Shown: positions 1 to 11,148 of the stretch, piece by piece
Numbering within the stretch: position 1 is the first letter of the stretch
Layout of the letters: every line of letters begins with the position of its first letter
Origin: Haemophilus sputorum CCUG 13788
GTDB taxonomy: Bacteria; Pseudomonadota; Gammaproteobacteria; Enterobacterales; Pasteurellaceae
Assembly (NCBI RefSeq): GCF_000238795.1
Contig: NZ_AFNK01000035.1
Location: 1-64,000 of the forward strand
Direction of reading: 5' to 3'
DNA: 64,000 nt
Program-made: the position numbers and the translations under genes
The notes under the pieces: generated by a model
What the model was told of the DNA's origin: nothing
Databases searched by the model: none
Seen by the model: only the letters and a program-made list of their open reading frames with translations

Positions 1-1892
1 GGTTTGCGCTGTCGCTGCAGCAGTTTTCGCTGCTGTTGCAGTGCTTGCTGTTGCATTAACTGCAGTAATCACGTGATAAAGCTGCGAACCGTTAATTGCA
101 TCAGTAGAAGTTGCACTAATTGAACCTGCTGCCACATATTGAATTTGACGTTGGTTAGTTGCATTACCTACCGCTACAGTACCAGTACCAGTACCAGCAC
201 CGTTGTTACCAACTTCAGTTGTTCCACTAATTTTGATTGAGGTTAATGCATTTTTAGCACCGCTTGTTGAGCCAGCACCTAAAGCGACATCTTGTGCATT
301 TGCTGCTTTTGCATCTTTACCTAAAGCAACAGCGCCTGCTGCAGTAACATTTGCATTTTGACCTAGCGCAACCGCACCTGCCGCAGTAGCATTCGATGCT
401 GAACCAATAGCAACTGCATAATCTGCCGAAGTATTCGCATTCGTACCTACAGAAATACTTTCTTGCCCACTAGCCTTAGCATAACGGCTGGCCGCTAAAG
501 AAAATGAACCCGTTGCTTGCGCGCCTAAACCAACAGCAACAGCACTATCTTTACCCGCAACGGTATTACGACCTAATGCGATGGCGTTATCTTCTGTTGT
601 TGATACATTAGCATTACGACCAATTGCAAGACCAAAGTTGCCAGATACGTTTGCCTCGCGACCAATAGCAATACCGCTTTCTTTATTAGCCTTCGCAGTC
701 ATACCCATAGCGATAGTATTTTCGCCAATTGTTTTAGCGCCAAAGCCCATAGCAATAGCATTATTACCTTGTGAGGCACCTGCTGAATCATTAACTGTCG
801 CACCAGTACCAATTGCAATAGCATTATTACCTTTTGAGCCACCAGTTGGACCGTTAACTACCGCACCAGTACCAATTGCAATAGCATTATCTGCCCATCC
901 TCCAACAGTACTGCCCGAGCCCATAGCAACACCAGCTATCGCACCATTGACGGAATTTTTACCAATCGAAATCGCTTGAAAGTTTGATGCATTCGCATTT
1001 GTACCTAATGCTACGCTATCAATATAGCCGCCTCTTGCATTAGAACCAATTGCTGTTGAGTTAGTACCATTTGAAACTGATGAAACACCGATTGCAATCG
1101 CTTGAGTACTGTTTGTGGTAGCCGTTGCATCTTCACCAATTGCAATACCTTTTTCACGTTCAACAACAGAATTTCTACCAATCGCAATAGATGCATCTGC
1201 TTTTGCATTAGCTAAAGTACCAATTGCAGTAGAATTTCCTGCATTTGAGGATGCTGCTGTACCGAATGCAATCCCTTGGTTACTAGTTGCCGTAACAGTT
1301 GCCCCATTACCAATGGCGATACCCTGTTCACGTTGAACATTCGCATTCTGACCAATCGCAACTGCAGAAATTCCGTTTGCATTAGCAAAACCACCGATTG
1401 CAGTCGCATTCGTAGCTGTTGCGTTTGCAAATCCACCTTGCGCAATTGCAAAATCAGCCTCAGCATGAGCATCAGAACCTACAGCAACAGATTTAACAGC
1501 TGTTGATTTTGTAGCAATACCTAAGGCAACACTATTATCTCCAGTGCCAGTAGCTGCACGCCCAATAGCAACACCACCTTTGTTAGCGTCTGAGCTTCTA
1601 CCTATCGCAATAGAACCTGTACCTGTCGAAGTACCGCCCGCGATAGCAGTTAGATGATTACCATTATCACCAACTATTTGGTTCATGCCTCCAGCAGTAA
1701 TCGCATTCGCCTGCCCTGCAACCCCTAATGTTGCTAACGCAATCGCGCTTAATTTAAACAATTTATTAGCGGTACTTGTTACTGACGAGACAGAAACATC
1801 AGATGAAGCTTTCACCTGTCCTCTCGCCAATTCGGAAGTAACCACCAATGATTGTGTGGTTCTATTCCAAATAACCTTAAAAATCTTGTTCA
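1..1892 (-). CDS. Trimeric autotransporter adhesin (Hia/Hsf/YadA-like), N-terminal part only; the CDS continues past the left edge of the window
   Basis: The reverse complement from the ATG at 1892..1890 reads MNKIFKVIWNRTTQSLVVTSELARGQVKASSDV..., the extended signal peptide typical of trimeric autotransporter adhesins. It is followed by many degenerate SIAIG/AIAIG/NSVALG head-repeat motifs. The nucleotide sequence is highly repetitive (caattgcaatagc and variants). No stop codon is reached before position 1. Confidence 0.7.
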
Positions 1893-2324
1893 TGAGATTC
1901 CTTATATTTTAAAAATCACAAATTATTCATTATGTATGAATATACATGCATTTGTTAAAAATGCACTATAACCCCTATTAAGGGATTGTTGATTATATAC
2001 CAAATTAAAAAAAATTGAACTTTTAAAAAAATTTAAACCACATAAAAAAGAAAATTTAAAAACACCTTTAAAATCAAAGCATTGCGAACGCTCCATCAGT
2101 TTACCCTTAGTGAAAAATTCACTCCAAAAGCTAAAAAAATAGCGTAAAGTGGTCGTACCTTACTGAAATTTACAAAAGTATTTGTAAAAAATTTAGAAAA
2201 CTTCACCGCTTGCAGTTTGTCTGAAAAACCATTGCAGTAAAGATTGCAAAAATTTACTTATTTTCACTATGTGGAAATGCTTTTGTGATATGATGGTACG
2301 CTGTTTTTAGCTATAAAATTTGAT

Positions 2325-2921
2325 ATGAATATTCGTTTAACTGCTATTTTACTGATAATTGTGGCAGGACTAGGCGGCTGGTGGTATAGCCTGCAGCCAA
2401 AGGATGCCAACCCGTTAGATAACCTAATTAAACAACAAGGCACGCCAGACTATACAGGCGAGAAACTGTCTACTGAAGTATTCGACCTACAAGGTAAGCC
2501 TCAATACTATGCCGAAGCGCAAGAAATTAAGCGTTTTGAAGAAACAGAATTGACTGAATTTGTGCGCCCATTAGTGAATTTATTCGATAAAGAAAGTTCG
2601 CAAAAATTATGGGAGCTTACTGCAAATCAGGCAGAAATTACCAAAGAGAAAATCTTAACGCTTTCAGGCAATGTAAAATTAAATGCGCTAGATAAAACTT
2701 CTCGCTTACAACGCATTGAAACTGAAAAACTGATTGTGGATTTAAACACGCAAGATATTCAAACTGATGAAAGCGTGAAATCAACCGGTTTGGGCTTTAC
2801 GACCACTGGCGTGGGGCTAAAAGGAAACTTAAAACAACAAGTGGCAACGCTGTTAAAAGATGTCAAATCTTTTATTGAGCCGACTGTCGTTCGTGAGAAT
2901 AACGAACAGCCAACTCCATAA
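2325..2921 (+). CDS. lptC: LPS export protein LptC
   Basis: 198 aa with an N-terminal transmembrane anchor. Similar to E. coli LptC (C-terminal region ...LSGNVKLNALDK...GLKGNLKQQ). Gene order lptC-lptA-lptB is conserved. Confidence 0.8.
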   Translation: MNIRLTAILLIIVAGLGGWWYSLQPKDANPLDNLIKQQGTPDYTGEKLSTEVFDLQGKPQYYAEAQEIKRFEETELTEFVRPLVNLFDKESSQKLWELTANQAEITKEKILTLSGNVKLNALDKTSRLQRIETEKLIVDLNTQDIQTDESVKSTGLGFTTTGVGLKGNLKQQVATLLKDVKSFIEPTVVRENNEQPTP

Positions 2922-2940
2922 TGATGAGGATTAACTAAGA

Positions 2941-3453
2941 ATGTCTATGAAAAAATTTGCAATAAAATCTGCTTTTTTGACCGCTTGTCTTGCGATGAGC
3001 TTTTCAGCTTATGCGTTAAAAGGCGATACCGATCAGCCAATTAACATTGATTCTGGCAGCCAATCTTTAGATATGAACAGTAACACCGTTATTTTTAGCG
3101 ATGGCGTTTCGATTACTCAAGGCTCGATTAAAGTGAATGCCAGCAAAGTCACGATTGTTCGCCAAGAAGGCAAAAAAGAAACCTTAGATGCGACCGGCTC
3201 TCCAGTGACTTTCCAACAAACTTTAGATGATGGTAAGCCTGTGAATGGTAAAGGCAACAGTGTGCATTACGACTTAAATAGCGAATATTTAATCCTGATT
3301 GGAAATGCGGAACTGAAACAGTTAGACAGCAAAATTCAAGCTGAGCGCATTACTTATGATGTGAAAAAACAACAGTTAAAAGCTACTAGCGGTGGTAAAT
3401 CGCGCGTGAAAACGGTGTTAATTCCAAATCAATTAAACAATAAGAAAAAATAA
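2941..3453 (+). CDS. lptA: LPS export periplasmic protein LptA
   Basis: 170 aa with a signal peptide. [18 protein letters not shown] matches E. coli LptA GDTDQPIHIESDQQSLDM. Confidence 0.85.
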   Translation: MSMKKFAIKSAFLTACLAMSFSAYALKGDTDQPINIDSGSQSLDMNSNTVIFSDGVSITQGSIKVNASKVTIVRQEGKKETLDATGSPVTFQQTLDDGKPVNGKGNSVHYDLNSEYLILIGNAELKQLDSKIQAERITYDVKKQQLKATSGGKSRVKTVLIPNQLNNKKK

Positions 3454-3461
3454 GGGCAAAT

Positions 3462-4187
3462 ATGGCGACTCTTTATGCGGAACACTTAGCTAAGAGCTAT
3501 AAAAATCGTCAAGTGGTAAAAGATGTAAGCTTGGCTGTTAACACTGGCGAAATTGTTGGATTGTTAGGCCCGAATGGTGCGGGTAAAACCACTTCGTTTT
3601 ATATGGTGGTGGGTTTAGTTCGTCATGATAATGGTGTGGTGCGCATTGATAATGAAGACATTAGTTTACTCCCTATGCACGACCGCGCTAAACAAGGGAT
3701 TGGTTATTTGCCACAAGAGGCTTCTATTTTCCGCCGTTTAACCGTATATGAAAACTTAATGTCCGTGCTACAAATTCGTAAAGATTTAATCAATGCGGAA
3801 CGTAAAGCTCGTGCAGATGAGTTAATTGCTGAATTTCGTATTGAACATATTCGCGATAGTTTAGGGCAATCACTTTCTGGTGGTGAACGTCGCCGTGTAG
3901 AAATTGCGCGCGCTTTAGCAGCAAATCCGCAATTTATTTTGCTTGATGAACCTTTTGCTGGGGTTGACCCAATTTCGGTGATTGATATTAAAAAAATTAT
4001 CGTTAATCTAAAAGAGCGCGGTTTAGGCGTGTTAATTACCGACCATAATGTGCGTGAAACTTTAGATGTTTGCGAACGTGCTTATATCGTGAAAGACGGG
4101 CATATGATTGCAACCGGCACCCCAAATGAGATTTTAAATAATCCATTAGTGAAAGAAGCCTATTTAGGTGAGCAATTTAAGTTGTAA
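3462..4187 (+). CDS. lptB: LPS export ABC transporter ATPase LptB
   Basis: Walker [13 protein letters not shown] signature [15 protein letters not shown], Walker B ILLDEP. Lies in the lptCAB context. Confidence 0.9.
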   Translation: MATLYAEHLAKSYKNRQVVKDVSLAVNTGEIVGLLGPNGAGKTTSFYMVVGLVRHDNGVVRIDNEDISLLPMHDRAKQGIGYLPQEASIFRRLTVYENLMSVLQIRKDLINAERKARADELIAEFRIEHIRDSLGQSLSGGERRRVEIARALAANPQFILLDEPFAGVDPISVIDIKKIIVNLKERGLGVLITDHNVRETLDVCERAYIVKDGHMIATGTPNEILNNPLVKEAYLGEQFKL

Positions 4188-4199
4188 ATTTTTATTATT

Positions 4200-4760
4200 A
4201 TGTTATTAACTGAATTTTTAACTGCGGAAAATATCCATTTAGATACGCCCGCCTCTTGTAAAAAACGTGCATTAGAAATTGCTGGAAAACTCCTTGCCGA
4301 TGCGATGCGCAAACAGCTTCCAGAAGAAATTGATAGCGATGAGGCTTGCCCTATCGCTTGTTTTGATGCGCTTTTAAAACGAGAAAAATTAGGCTGTACT
4401 GCCTTAAATAATGGTGTGGCAATGCCGCACGCTAAACTGGCGAATGCTTGTACACAATCGCTTGAAAAACCGATTGCAGTATTCCTTAAACTAGAGCAAC
4501 CTGTTGACTATGAAGCGCAAGATCGCAAAGAGGTGGATTTAATTTATGCTATTCTTTTTCCAGCGCAATCTTGTGATAACTATAAAGCGTATTTACCTAA
4601 AATCGCTGAAAAATTAAGTGATAAAAATATCATTAAACAGATCCGTACGGCTGAAACGGAAGAAGATATTTGGCAACTTTTCTGTTATTTAGACAATCAA
4701 GAAGAACAAGCTGAAGAAGCTCAAGAAACAGAAGAACAAGCCAACGAAAAAACAGAATAA
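4200..4760 (+). CDS. ptsN: PTS IIA-Ntr nitrogen regulatory protein
   Basis: KKRALEI...REKLGCTALNNGVAMPHAKL aligns to E. coli PtsN (KKRALEI...REKMGSTGIGNGIAIPHGKL). Sits downstream of lptB as in enterics, with rpoN absent as in Pasteurellaceae. Confidence 0.75.
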   Translation: MLLTEFLTAENIHLDTPASCKKRALEIAGKLLADAMRKQLPEEIDSDEACPIACFDALLKREKLGCTALNNGVAMPHAKLANACTQSLEKPIAVFLKLEQPVDYEAQDRKEVDLIYAILFPAQSCDNYKAYLPKIAEKLSDKNIIKQIRTAETEEDIWQLFCYLDNQEEQAEEAQETEEQANEKTE

Positions 4761-4795
4761 TAAATATTATACAAACACAAATAATTTGAGGTCTT

Positions 4796-5662
4796 ATGGA
4801 ATTAATTATTATCAGTGGGCGTTCAGGCTCAGGGAAATCTGTTGCAATACATGCATTAGAAGATATGGGATATTATTGCGTAGATAATATGCCACTTCCT
4901 CTTATTCCCCAACTAGCTGAATTTCTCGCTCAGACCAATAGCTCCGCGGTGATTAGTTTAGATATTCGTAATTTGCCGAATAATCCAAATGAAATTATCG
5001 ACTTACAAACTCAACTAGAACATTACAACACAAAAATTATCTTTTTAGATTGTGAACGTAATACCTTGATTCGCCGTTATAGCGATTCTCGCCGTTTACA
5101 TCCGCTTTCAACAAAAGATCTTTCATTAGAAAGCGCGATTGATTTAGAAGATTCATTATTAGATCCGCTTATTCATCAAGCTAATCATATTATTGACACT
5201 ACCCACCTTTCATCTCATGAATTAGCTGAAAGTTTACGGATGTTATTACAAGGTGCTAGCGTTAAGGAACTCAATATTGTGGTGGAATCTTTCGGCTTCA
5301 AATATGGCTTGCCGTTAGATGCCGACTATGTTTTTGATGTGCGTTTTCTGCCTAATCCGCATTGGAATCCTGAACTTCGTCCAATGACAGGGCTTGAACA
5401 GCCTGTGATTGATTTCCTTGAACGCCACACAGAAGTGCATCAATTTATCTACCATACTCGCAACTATTTAGAGTTATGGCTTCCGCAACTTGAACAAAAT
5501 AATCGTAGTTACTTAACGATTGCAATTGGTTGTACAGGCGGAAAACATCGTTCTGTATTTGTTGCCGAACAAATTGGGAAATACTTTGAAGCTAAAGGAA
5601 AAAAAGTCCAAATTCGCCATCGTAGTCTTGAAAAATATACAAAACAGCATAAGCCAGACTAA
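4796..5662 (+). CDS. rapZ: RNase adapter protein RapZ (YhbJ), P-loop NTPase
   Basis: N-terminal Walker [11 protein letters not shown]; length 288 aa; conserved position downstream of ptsN. Confidence 0.85.
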   Translation: MELIIISGRSGSGKSVAIHALEDMGYYCVDNMPLPLIPQLAEFLAQTNSSAVISLDIRNLPNNPNEIIDLQTQLEHYNTKIIFLDCERNTLIRRYSDSRRLHPLSTKDLSLESAIDLEDSLLDPLIHQANHIIDTTHLSSHELAESLRMLLQGASVKELNIVVESFGFKYGLPLDADYVFDVRFLPNPHWNPELRPMTGLEQPVIDFLERHTEVHQFIYHTRNYLELWLPQLEQNNRSYLTIAIGCTGGKHRSVFVAEQIGKYFEAKGKKVQIRHRSLEKYTKQHKPD

Positions 5663-5760
5663 AATCTACACAAATTTACCGAACTAATATAACAATTGCT
5701 TGTCCATTGAGGTACAATTATATTACCGGTTGACGGTACTAACTTTATAAGGATTGAATT

Positions 5761-6366
5761 ATGACTAAATTTACTAAAATCAGTGCAACTGCATTATTTG
5801 CATTATTTTTAACCGCTTGTGACAAACCAGCTAACAAACCAGCAGAAACTGCAGCACCAGAAAAAACACCAGCGGCAGCGACTCAAGAAAAAGCAGCAGC
5901 ACCTGCAACAGAAGCGGCAAAACCTGCAACAGAAGCAGCGAAACCCGCAGCAGCTGATGAAATGGCACAAGGTAAAGCTGATTTAGAAAAAGTACTTGCT
6001 TGGGATAACCAAAACCAAGGTCAAATGGTTAAACTTCAACAAGAATTACAAGCTAAAGCAGCATCTGGCGATCCAAAACAAATTGAAGAAGCAGTAAAAG
6101 GCTTTACTGCATATATCGATGATACGATTAAATCATTAGATTCACTTGATATTAAAAATACACAAGTGGTTGACTTCCGTAATTTAGCTAAAGATGTTTT
6201 AGGCTTATCTCGCGATGTGATGGTTGATTCATTAAAAATTGCTTCAAACCCACAAGATGCAGATTTACAAAAAGGTCTTCAAACTAAAGTTCAAGACTTA
6301 ATGCAAAAAAGCCAAAATCTTTTAAACTCACAAAATGAGTTAAAAACAAAATTTGGTATTAAATAA
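5761..6366 (+). CDS. Lipoprotein with an Ala/Pro/Glu/Thr-rich repeat linker, unknown function
   Basis: Signal peptide with lipobox LTAC. The lipobox is encoded by a USS (ttaaccgcttgt). Contains a 21-bp tandem repeat encoding PATEAAK x2, followed by a predicted helical C-terminal domain. Confidence 0.5.
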   Translation: MTKFTKISATALFALFLTACDKPANKPAETAAPEKTPAAATQEKAAAPATEAAKPATEAAKPAAADEMAQGKADLEKVLAWDNQNQGQMVKLQQELQAKAASGDPKQIEEAVKGFTAYIDDTIKSLDSLDIKNTQVVDFRNLAKDVLGLSRDVMVDSLKIASNPQDADLQKGLQTKVQDLMQKSQNLLNSQNELKTKFGIK

Positions 6367-6438
6367 TTTTAACTTTTCTTTTTTAAAGGTTAGGTGATTG
6401 CCTAACCTTTTTTATCTTGGATGATTAAAGGTATCACG

Positions 6439-7107
6439 ATGAAAAAATTCACTGCTCTAAGCACAGCTGCATTATTAGCGATTTTTTTAACCGCTTGCGA
6501 TAAACCTGCAAGTCAAACAACAGAAGCTGCAACACCAGCAAAAGAAACAGCTGCGGCATCAACACCAGCAAAAGAAACAGCAACATCTGCGCCAGCAAAA
6601 GAAGCTGCACCAGCGCCAAAAGCAGATACAGGTGAACAAGATTACAAAACATTCCGCCAATGGAAAGCTGAACAAGAACGTGCAATTAACGCCGCATCTG
6701 AAGAAGCGATGAAAAAATTAGGCGAACAGGCTGATCCAAAAGTGATGCAAGAAACGCTTAACAAAGTGTTAATGGAACAAATTCAAGCAGTTAAAGCGAG
6801 TGCAGAAAAATTAGACATTCAAGATGAGAAAGTTAAAGCATTAAAAGATAAAACATTAGAAGTGTTAGCGCTTGGGCTAAAAATGATGGAAGCGACTGAA
6901 ACTGTCGCAAAAAACCCAACAGAAGAAAGCCATAAAGCACTTGGTGAACTACAAACTCAACTCAATAAGCTGGCAGATGAAGGCCTAGCATTAGAATCTG
7001 AATTAACACAGAAATATGAACCTGCGCCAGCTCAACCTGCAGCGCCTGCAGAACAGCCAGCAGCTGAAGCACCTTCTGCGCCAGCAGAAGCGCCAAAAGC
7101 ACAATAA
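6439..7107 (+). CDS. Lipoprotein, paralog of the preceding gene, with a low-complexity linker
   Basis: Near-identical signal peptide and lipobox (AIFLTACDKPA). Degenerate ~27-30-bp repeats encode TPAKETAA-type units. C-terminal AP/AE-rich tail. RBS aaagg lies upstream of the ATG at 6439. Confidence 0.5.
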   Translation: MKKFTALSTAALLAIFLTACDKPASQTTEAATPAKETAAASTPAKETATSAPAKEAAPAPKADTGEQDYKTFRQWKAEQERAINAASEEAMKKLGEQADPKVMQETLNKVLMEQIQAVKASAEKLDIQDEKVKALKDKTLEVLALGLKMMEATETVAKNPTEESHKALGELQTQLNKLADEGLALESELTQKYEPAPAQPAAPAEQPAAEAPSAPAEAPKAQ

Positions 7108-7174
7108 TTTTTCCTATTTAGGGGCGTATAATACGCCCCTTATATATTTTTAATTCCTTTAATAATCAGAAAAA

Positions 7175-7843
7175 ATGGCATTAATTGAATATCATCCGCC
7201 ACTTGAGCCTTTTTTAGATGAGGTTTATCGAGATAACCATATTTTAGTGATTAACAAACCTAGCGGTCTGCTCTCTGTTCCTGGCAATCGCCCTGAATAT
7301 TTTGATAGTGCAATGACTCGCGTGCAGAAAAAATATGGTTTTACTGAGCCAGCCCACCGTTTAGATATGGCTACTAGCGGTATTTTACTATTTGCTTTAA
7401 GCAAAGCTGCAGAAAAAGAACTCAAACGCCAATTTCGCGAACGTGAACCGAAAAAACACTATATTGCTCTGCTTTGGGGAAAATTAGGCGAAAAAGCGGG
7501 CGATACGGGTGAGATGAATTTTCCTCTGATTTGTGATTGGGAAAATCGTCCTCGTCAAAAGATTTGTTATGAACGCGGTAAAAAAGCAATTACGCATTAT
7601 GAAGTCTTAGCGCATTTGCCAAACAATACAACGAGAGTGAAATTAACCCCAATTACTGGACGCTCTCATCAATTACGCGTTCATAGCTTAGCACTAGGCC
7701 ATCCTATTTTAGGCGATAAATTTTATGCCAATCCACTAGCAAAAAGTTTATCTCCCCGCCTTTGCTTACATGCTGAGAGTTTAACAATCACTCACCCAAT
7801 TACCGGTGAGCCGATGACATTTAGCGCTGCGCCTGAGTTTTAA
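7175..7843 (+). CDS. rluA: rRNA/tRNA pseudouridine synthase RluA
   Basis: YHPPLEPFLDEVYRDNHILVINKPSGLLSVPG matches E. coli RluA YNPPQEPWLVILYQDDHIMVVNKPSGLLSVPG. Catalytic motif HRLDMATSG is present. Confidence 0.8.
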   Translation: MALIEYHPPLEPFLDEVYRDNHILVINKPSGLLSVPGNRPEYFDSAMTRVQKKYGFTEPAHRLDMATSGILLFALSKAAEKELKRQFREREPKKHYIALLWGKLGEKAGDTGEMNFPLICDWENRPRQKICYERGKKAITHYEVLAHLPNNTTRVKLTPITGRSHQLRVHSLALGHPILGDKFYANPLAKSLSPRLCLHAESLTITHPITGEPMTFSAAPEF

Positions 7844-8393
7844 TTTGAGTTAATAACTGGCGATAATAGTCCCAAGCAAAATAACGACCGGGGTCGGCTT
7901 TTCTTCCTGGAGATATATGCTGATGCCCGGTAATCCGCTCATCAACAATTTTCGGATAAGCTTGTTGAAGTTTATCCGTTAATTTTGCCAAACTTTCATA
8001 TTGTGCTTGAGTAAATGGCTGATTATTCGAGCCCTCTAACTCAATACCAATCGAAAATTCGTTACACTTCTCTCTTCCTTCAAATATAGAAAGCCCCGCG
8101 TGCCACGCCATTTCATTAAAATTCACGTATTGCGTGATTTCACCTTGTCGGTTAATTAAACAATGCGCAGAAACTCGTAAATCTTTAATTTCTTGAAAAT
8201 AAGGATGTGCCGTTGGATCTAACTTACCTTGAAAGAAATCATCAATAAAATGCGCGCCAAACTGCTCTGGTGGCAAACTAATATAGTGAATCACTAATAG
8301 CGAAATTTCAGTCCCTTCGGGACGGGCATTGAAATGAGGGGAAGGCACTTGTTTTTGATGAATCAGCGTACCGTTTTTAAGCGTTAAATCCAT
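7821..8393 (-). CDS. ampD: 1,6-anhydro-N-acetylmuramyl-L-alanine amidase AmpD
   Basis: VPSPHFNARPEG...LLVIHYISLPP...HPYFQEIKDLRVSAHCLI...WHAG closely parallels E. coli AmpD over its full length. Confidence 0.85.
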   Translation of the reverse strand: MDLTLKNGTLIHQKQVPSPHFNARPEGTEISLLVIHYISLPPEQFGAHFIDDFFQGKLDPTAHPYFQEIKDLRVSAHCLINRQGEITQYVNFNEMAWHAGLSIFEGREKCNEFSIGIELEGSNNQPFTQAQYESLAKLTDKLQQAYPKIVDERITGHQHISPGRKADPGRYFAWDYYRQLLTQIKTQAQR

Positions 8394-8441
8394 AAGCGTT
8401 TGTGATAAAATGGCTAAAATTGAACAAAACTAGAGAAAATT

Positions 8442-9284
8442 ATGCTGAGCTATCGTCACAGTTTTCACGCCGGCAATCATGCCGATGTGCTCAAACACAT
8501 TGTAGAGCTTTTGATTCTACAATCCTTACAACAAAAAGAAAAAGGCTTTTTATATTTAGACACCCACTCGGGCGTTGGGCGTTATAGCCTATTTAGTGCT
8601 GAATCTGAAAAAACAGGCGAATATTTAGAAGGCGTTGCCCGCCTTTGGGAACGTGATGATTTACCCGAAGAAGTGGCGCTTTATATTGATGCACTCAAAA
8701 AAATCAATCGTGGTAATAAACTGAAATATTATGCAGGTTCGCCATTACTGGCTGTTAATCAGCTTAGAGCACAAGACCGTGCAATTTTAACTGAACTTCA
8801 CCCTAATGATTTTCCATTATTGCGCCAAGAGTTTGCCAAAATTGAAAATGTACAAACCAAGCGTGAAAACGGTTTTCAACAATTAAAATCAGCTCTGCCT
8901 CCGAAAGAACGTCGTGGTTTTATTTTAATTGATCCGCCTTATGAGCTTAAAGAAGATTATGAGTTAGTGGTTAAGGCTATTGAAGAAGGCTATAAACGTT
9001 TTGCGACCGGCATCTATGCAATTTGGTATCCAGTTGTGCTTCGCCAACATAGCAAACGCATTGTGAGAGGATTGCAAGAATCTGGAATCCGTAAAATTTT
9101 GCAAATTGAGTTAGCTGTGCGCCCAGATTCTGATCAACGTGGCATGACCGCGAGTGGAATGATTGTCATCAATCCGCCATGGCAGCTAGAAGCGCAAATG
9201 AAAAAAATTCTGCCTTATCTGACTGAAGTTTTAGTACCAGAAGGCACTGGTTCATGGACTGTTGATTGGATTACGCCAGAATAA
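8442..9284 (+). CDS. rlmJ: 23S rRNA (adenine2030-N6)-methyltransferase RlmJ
   Basis: N-terminus MLSYRHSFHAGNHADVLKH is the RlmJ signature. The IDPPYE motif is present. Length 280 aa. Confidence 0.8.
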   Translation: MLSYRHSFHAGNHADVLKHIVELLILQSLQQKEKGFLYLDTHSGVGRYSLFSAESEKTGEYLEGVARLWERDDLPEEVALYIDALKKINRGNKLKYYAGSPLLAVNQLRAQDRAILTELHPNDFPLLRQEFAKIENVQTKRENGFQQLKSALPPKERRGFILIDPPYELKEDYELVVKAIEEGYKRFATGIYAIWYPVVLRQHSKRIVRGLQESGIRKILQIELAVRPDSDQRGMTASGMIVINPPWQLEAQMKKILPYLTEVLVPEGTGSWTVDWITPE

Positions 9285-9292
9285 TCACATAA

Positions 9293-9318
9293 AAAAGGGG
9301 AATACTCCCCTTTTTTCA
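9293..9318 (+). terminator. Rho-independent terminator after rlmJ
   Basis: aaaaggggaatactccccttttttc: GC-rich stem followed by a T-run. Confidence 0.6.
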
Positions 9319-9463
9319 TTTCTGCAAGCGGGCTATTTTCCGCTTTATTTTGCAAATGCCTTTAAAGATATGTTTTAGTCAAACAAATCCTGTTTAGTTG
9401 CTTTACGAAAACGTTTGTCATCTATTAGAATACCTTTACCGATCACCCCTAACAGGAAGCATT

Positions 9464-10105
9464 ATGCAATCTTACAAACATCAATTCATTGAATTCGCGC
9501 TAAGTCGTCAAGTATTAAAATTCGGTGAATTTACGCTTAAATCAGGCAGAAAAAGCCCTTATTTCTTTAATGCAGGATTATTTAACACAGGAAAAGATTT
9601 AGCTAAATTAGGCGAATTCTATGCCCAAGCCATTCAAGCTGCCAAAATTGATTTTGACGTTCTCTTTGGCCCTGCCTACAAAGGAATTCCCATCGCAACA
9701 ACCGTTGCTGTGGCACTTGCTAACCACTTTGATTTAGACAAACCTTGTTGCTTTAACCGCAAAGAAGCCAAAGATCATGGCGAAGGCGGAAATCTTATCG
9801 GCGCACCATTAAAAGGGAATATTTTATTGGTTGATGATGTGATTACCGCAGGCACCGCAATCCGTGAATCCATGGCGATTATTGAGGCTAATCAAGCAAA
9901 TCTAGCCGGCGTTTTCATTGCTTTAAACCGAAAAGAAAAAGGCAAAGGTGAACTTTCCGCGATTCAAGAAGTAGAACGTGATTATCACTGCCAAGTGTTT
10001 TCGATTATTGATTTTGATGACTTATTACAATTTATCGAAAAATCAACTGAATATGCGCCATTTTTACCTGCAATGAAAGCTTACCGAGAAGAATATGGTG
10101 TTTAA
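9464..10105 (+). CDS. pyrE: Orotate phosphoribosyltransferase
   Basis: [43 protein letters not shown] is nearly identical to the E. coli PyrE N-terminus. 213 aa. PRPP-binding motif [12 protein letters not shown]. Confidence 0.9.
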   Translation: MQSYKHQFIEFALSRQVLKFGEFTLKSGRKSPYFFNAGLFNTGKDLAKLGEFYAQAIQAAKIDFDVLFGPAYKGIPIATTVAVALANHFDLDKPCCFNRKEAKDHGEGGNLIGAPLKGNILLVDDVITAGTAIRESMAIIEANQANLAGVFIALNRKEKGKGELSAIQEVERDYHCQVFSIIDFDDLLQFIEKSTEYAPFLPAMKAYREEYGV

Positions 10106-10931
10106 AAAGCTCCTACAAGCGGTTGGATTTTCTCTCTGTTTTGCAACCGCTTATGCTAATAATGAAACAACAGAAATAAAGCCAAGTGTGCTAAAACCCG
10201 TTCGCATGAGCAAAGCTGAGCTTGTGAACATTTGTCAACAAATTAGAAATGACTGCAAAGGAGAAGAACATTATCTCTATCAAAGTGACAATGGCGGTTA
10301 TTATTATATCAACGATGTGCCGCAGTTTGTTATGCTGAATAAAACGGATAGTGGCTACGAAGTCAATACCATGTGGTATTTTGGCGACTATAAACAGAAT
10401 AAAAATCAGGAAAAAAGTTATAGCCACTCTCAAGAAGAACTTTCTTATGTGGGGCTAAAAATTCATCCGGCTTTCTATCCAATTCATGATGACGACAGCG
10501 TCATTGCCCTAAAACGTACTTTTTATAAACCGCTTTCTGAGGGGGAATCTGTTTCTGAAATCGTCGATTTTATAGACTTAAAGCATTATGGCGAATATGA
10601 AGTCGTGATGGAAAACATTCCTTTTTATCAATACGAGAAAAAGCGTGCTTGTTTTAATGCAGAAGATTATAAAAATAGCCCACATTGCTATGATGAGTTC
10701 AGTCGTATTTTACAAATAAAATTCCACCGAAACGAACCAGCGGCGGACAATAATGCACAATCGCCCTCTATATATGAAAATAATTTTAAATGGGAATTAC
10801 TTTATACCGATAAAATTTGGCCCGCTCATCAAGCCAAAAGCGAGCAAAAAGTGATACACAAACCCTCGCTTTTTGTGAGCCCTTATCAAAAAGCGATTTT
10901 AGAATGGCCTACTGAAGATGGCGCTCAATAA
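10095..10931 (+). CDS. Hypothetical secreted protein (278 aa, signal peptide, several Cys)
   Basis: N-terminal signal peptide [21 protein letters not shown]. No family recognised. Start overlaps the pyrE stop. An Apl-type USS lies in the 5' coding region. Confidence 0.45.
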   Translation: MVFKKLLQAVGFSLCFATAYANNETTEIKPSVLKPVRMSKAELVNICQQIRNDCKGEEHYLYQSDNGGYYYINDVPQFVMLNKTDSGYEVNTMWYFGDYKQNKNQEKSYSHSQEELSYVGLKIHPAFYPIHDDDSVIALKRTFYKPLSEGESVSEIVDFIDLKHYGEYEVVMENIPFYQYEKKRACFNAEDYKNSPHCYDEFSRILQIKFHRNEPAADNNAQSPSIYENNFKWELLYTDKIWPAHQAKSEQKVIHKPSLFVSPYQKAILEWPTEDGAQ

Positions 10932-11107
10932 TTTGGAATCACAATGATGACCAGCCCTATTATCAGTGGGGCTTAAGCTATACTACAATCATTTGGAAAG
11001 CAGGGGTTTCTGATAAGATGAAAACAAAAGAAGTTTCACCTGTTAAATGGGTAAGACCATTTGAGAAATAAGAATAGTTAGAACGTTTATCGCAAATTTT
11101 TCATCAA

Positions 11108-11136
11108 AAAAGACCGCTTGCAAGCGGTCTTTTTTC
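11108..11136. terminator. Bidirectional terminator formed by a palindromic USS pair
   Basis: aaaaaagaccgcttgcaagcggtcttttttc: perfect palindrome, i.e. USS plus inverted USS, flanked by A and T runs. Lies between convergent genes. Confidence 0.65.
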
Positions 11137-11148
11137 TTCAATTTTTGG

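Noticed and set aside
581-1506. Several plus-strand ORFs (PIAIAL-repeat proteins) in the first 1.9 kb
   Set aside because: They are the antisense and alternate frames of the repetitive adhesin head region. The minus-strand frame carries the canonical adhesin signal peptide and repeats.
10980-11081. Tiny ORFs (10 and 17 aa) in the 220-bp spacer after the secreted-protein gene
   Set aside because: No convincing RBS or conservation signal. The spacer is more simply explained as 3' UTR plus the USS-palindrome terminator.
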